Positions 61,507 to 64,000 of a DNA stretch of 64,000 nucleotides are shown here, piece by piece. Origin of the DNA: Podarcis muralis (Eukaryota); assembly GCF_964188315.1 (NCBI RefSeq), contig NC_135660.1, positions 51,026,001-51,090,000 of the forward strand. The letters run 5' to 3'. The notes below the pieces were generated by a model, which searched no databases, had not been told where the DNA came from, and saw only the letters and a list, made by a program, of their open reading frames with translations. The position numbers and the translations under genes are program-made. Numbering within the stretch: position 1 is the first letter of the stretch; each line of letters opens with the position of its first letter.

Positions 61507-61748
61507 CAGTGGTACCTCGGGTTAAGTACTTAATTTGTTCCGGAGGTCCATACTTAACCTGAAACTGTTCTTAACCTGAAACACCACTTTAGCTAATGGG
61601 GCCTCCTGCTGCCGCTGTGCCGCCGGAGCCCAATTTCTGTTCATATCCTGAAGCAAAGTTCTTAACCTGAAGCACTATTTCTGGGTTAGCGGAGTGTGTA
61701 ACCTGAAGCGTATGTAACCTGAAGCGTATGTAACCCGAGGTACCGCTG
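61507..61748. mobile_element. Tc1/mariner (Tigger-type) MITE, second subfamily
   Basis: TA TSD; TIR CAGTGGTACCTCGGGTTA vs CAGCGGTACCTCGGGTTA; internal TAACCTGAAG repeats. Confidence 0.92.
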
Positions 61749-63199
61749 TATACTTTGTTCCTTGCTGCATGCAGGTAAAGCACCACACCTTTTATTGAAA
61801 AAAACACCAAGCTCCCAAGGGAAGTGTTAAAAATAAGGCGGGGAGGGAATAGAAAAATGTATATGGAAAATGGTGAAGAGATTAGAACAGCGACTGGTGG
61901 TTAAGCAGAAGTGCAGTCTGTCTGAATGAGGCATGATTTAGGTATCCCTAGAAGGAGAGATTAATGGGCTAAGAAATGATCTCTCGTAGAGAGGAGAGCA
62001 AAATTCACACAAGTTATTGTGTATAATTTTCCCCATGACAAGTGCTGAAGAAAATGAAAGCAGGCAAAATCTTCAGTAAGGAAGCCTTTTCCCAGAACGT
62101 AAGAAAGTTTTAAGAGCTGGAGAACCAGATGTCTTGCTAGTGGAGCATGTTCTCTCTGGGTTGAATTGTGTATTCTCAGGGATAGGGACTCTGCAGTTAA
62201 CAGGAGACATTCCTGTCTTTTACATAACGCTCCCAAGTGTCATGCGGAAATCAGGGCCATTTCACATGATATGAGGAAACAGCACTGCTGGGTATTACAC
62301 AAAAGGGGGAACACCTGCACCTAGAAAGGGGATACTTGTGCATTCTTTACTGCTAGTTCCTTGGAACATCCAAATTGTCTCTCAAATCTCTCAGTAGTTC
62401 TGTCTATACATACTGAAACCCAGAAGTATTTCTGATCAGTTTACTACATTTTTACCGCAACATTAATGTGATGATGTCTTGTATCACTCATTCCTGCTCT
62501 CAGAAAATATTTGAACATGGCAAACTTAAACCAGTTAAGTATCCCATGCTGCCACACTTTACCTGGCAACAAATCACTCCATGAGGGTGGAGCATCTGTA
62601 GACAACCACAATGGTCGGATGTTTACTTAGCAGCAGCAATGAGTCAGATGCTGCATTGAATGCAAATAAGCTAATGGCACCAGTCTTACAAGCTGTGTCA
62701 TCCAATGTGAGTGGTTTGGTATTAGGGGAAAACATTAGTAAGGGTTCCAGGGCAGTGACGATTTACTTCACACATTTGAGACTGGGGGTGGAATCCTACT
62801 GGCGTTTTTGTTGGTCATGAAGAGCTTTGAATCCAGCAGACACTTCCTCTAATGGAAGAGGAAGACAGGTCATTTTTGTAAACTTGCTCTTCCCCTGCAG
62901 TCCAGAAACAGCGGGGTGGGGATGCGGCCTGGGGGGGGAACAGCTACAGCAGGCAGGAGAAGGAACTGGTAAAAATCCCCTCCCGTCTTCTTCCATTGGC
63001 AGACGCGGTCTCTGGATCAAAAGTCCTTCTGTGAGCACAAGGGCACCAATGGGATTCCAAATCTCCATTCTGGCATAACAAATATCTTATGGATTTCAGC
63101 CTCAGTAAGTTTGGGCAAAGCGTGTTCTCCTTCATGGAGAGCACGTGTTGCGGTGGGGTCTAACAAGACATCCCACTGTTGCTGGGCGATTGGGCTCCT

Positions 63200-63905
63200 C
63201 TTGTCATTGGGGAGAATTTGATGGTGCCATTTTTGATTGACAGCCATAAGGTATATATTCCCTGCGTGCAGCGTTGAGCTTCCTCCTTTCCGTTGCATGC
63301 ATCGGCTCACCCGTCCACCCTCCCTATATTTAGGGTTGTTCGCTTGACCTTGCTATGCCTGTCATGGGGTCGTCTGCTGTTGGAGCAGGGGCCTGGTAGG
63401 AATTTTGTCCATTTGGCTGATTGGCTGGTGCCATTTGGTTTTTGCCTATTGCGTAGCAAATCGTCACAACTTGTAAGGTTGTGGTTAGGCATTGGTTTTA
63501 TGAATTGGTTGGTGGAGGGGCATGAATTGGCTGTGTCTGCCCCTCCAATGCTGCTGCTGCAAGGGTATTCTGTTAAAGGAATCCAAGGGCTCGCCATGCT
63601 TTTGTCCGAACCCCTGTCAAGGGGCTAGGGCCACGCAAGAGCCTCTGGGAGCATTTGGGGAGAGGTGAGGGCATGGTACCCAGCTCCATCTTTCTCCCCA
63701 AAATGTTTTCCCTTTCTGACTTTCACGGGCATGTGAATGTCAGTCTGTCTCCATGCAGGGTCAGATAGTCGCAACCAATGCCTAAGCAACCACTCACATT
63801 TTTTGTATTTTAATAAAGTTGTGGCCAAAATTATGCCAAAAACCTTAAACAAAAATTCTGTGTGAATTGTGTTTTATTGGGGTGACTTGGGGACCTCGAC
63901 ACGCA
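63200..63905 (+). mobile_element. LTR-like segment (DIRS/Ngaro-type terminal repeat or solo LTR)
   Basis: TATA-like GTATATATT at 63251, CpG-retaining interior, AATAAAGTTGTGGCC at 63812, GT-rich end; no matching TSD. Confidence 0.4.
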
Positions 63906-64000
63906 AATGAGAAACTGAAGATGGCATTCTCACAGAAGTCCACAGAATGAATGGAATCTAAGAAGATGGGACCGTAGCTGTAAAAAAGATGAGGGAAAGA

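Noticed and set aside
1-64000. CRISPR arrays, true tRNA/rRNA genes, prokaryotic operons
   Set aside because: Vertebrate DNA; tRNA-like boxes all belong to SINE heads and no regularly spaced repeat-spacer array is present

Overview
Vertebrate genomic DNA from a squamate reptile, most likely a lacertid lizard, judged from its Sauria SINE, Squam3-type SINEs, BovB tail and L2/CR1 content. Positions 1-6597 hold the 5' part of a young class I (gamma-like) endogenous retrovirus on the minus strand. It has a 5' LTR (about 6277-6597), a perfect 18-nt tRNA-His primer binding site, an uninterrupted gag (5740-3818) and, after a single in-frame UAG, an uninterrupted pro-pol (3817-221). env and the 3' LTR run off the left edge. 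Its RNA signals can be read by eye: an MLV-geometry readthrough pseudoknot, a palindrome burying the poly(A) signal, three leader palindromes and an ATG-free pre-env region. The other ~57 kb is non-coding, intron/intergenic-like DNA dense in transposable elements: Tigger-type and hAT MITEs, a 1.27-kb Tc2/Kanga-type element with GC-rich cargo, L2, CR1, L1 and BovB fragments, SINEs, a Penelope-type insert carrying a minimal hammerhead ribozyme motif and an LTR-like segment near the right end. There is a 160-N assembly gap. I could not confidently identify any host protein-coding exon; a possible non-coding first exon lies near 10.0-10.35 kb. Repeat family names come from motif recognition, not database searches.
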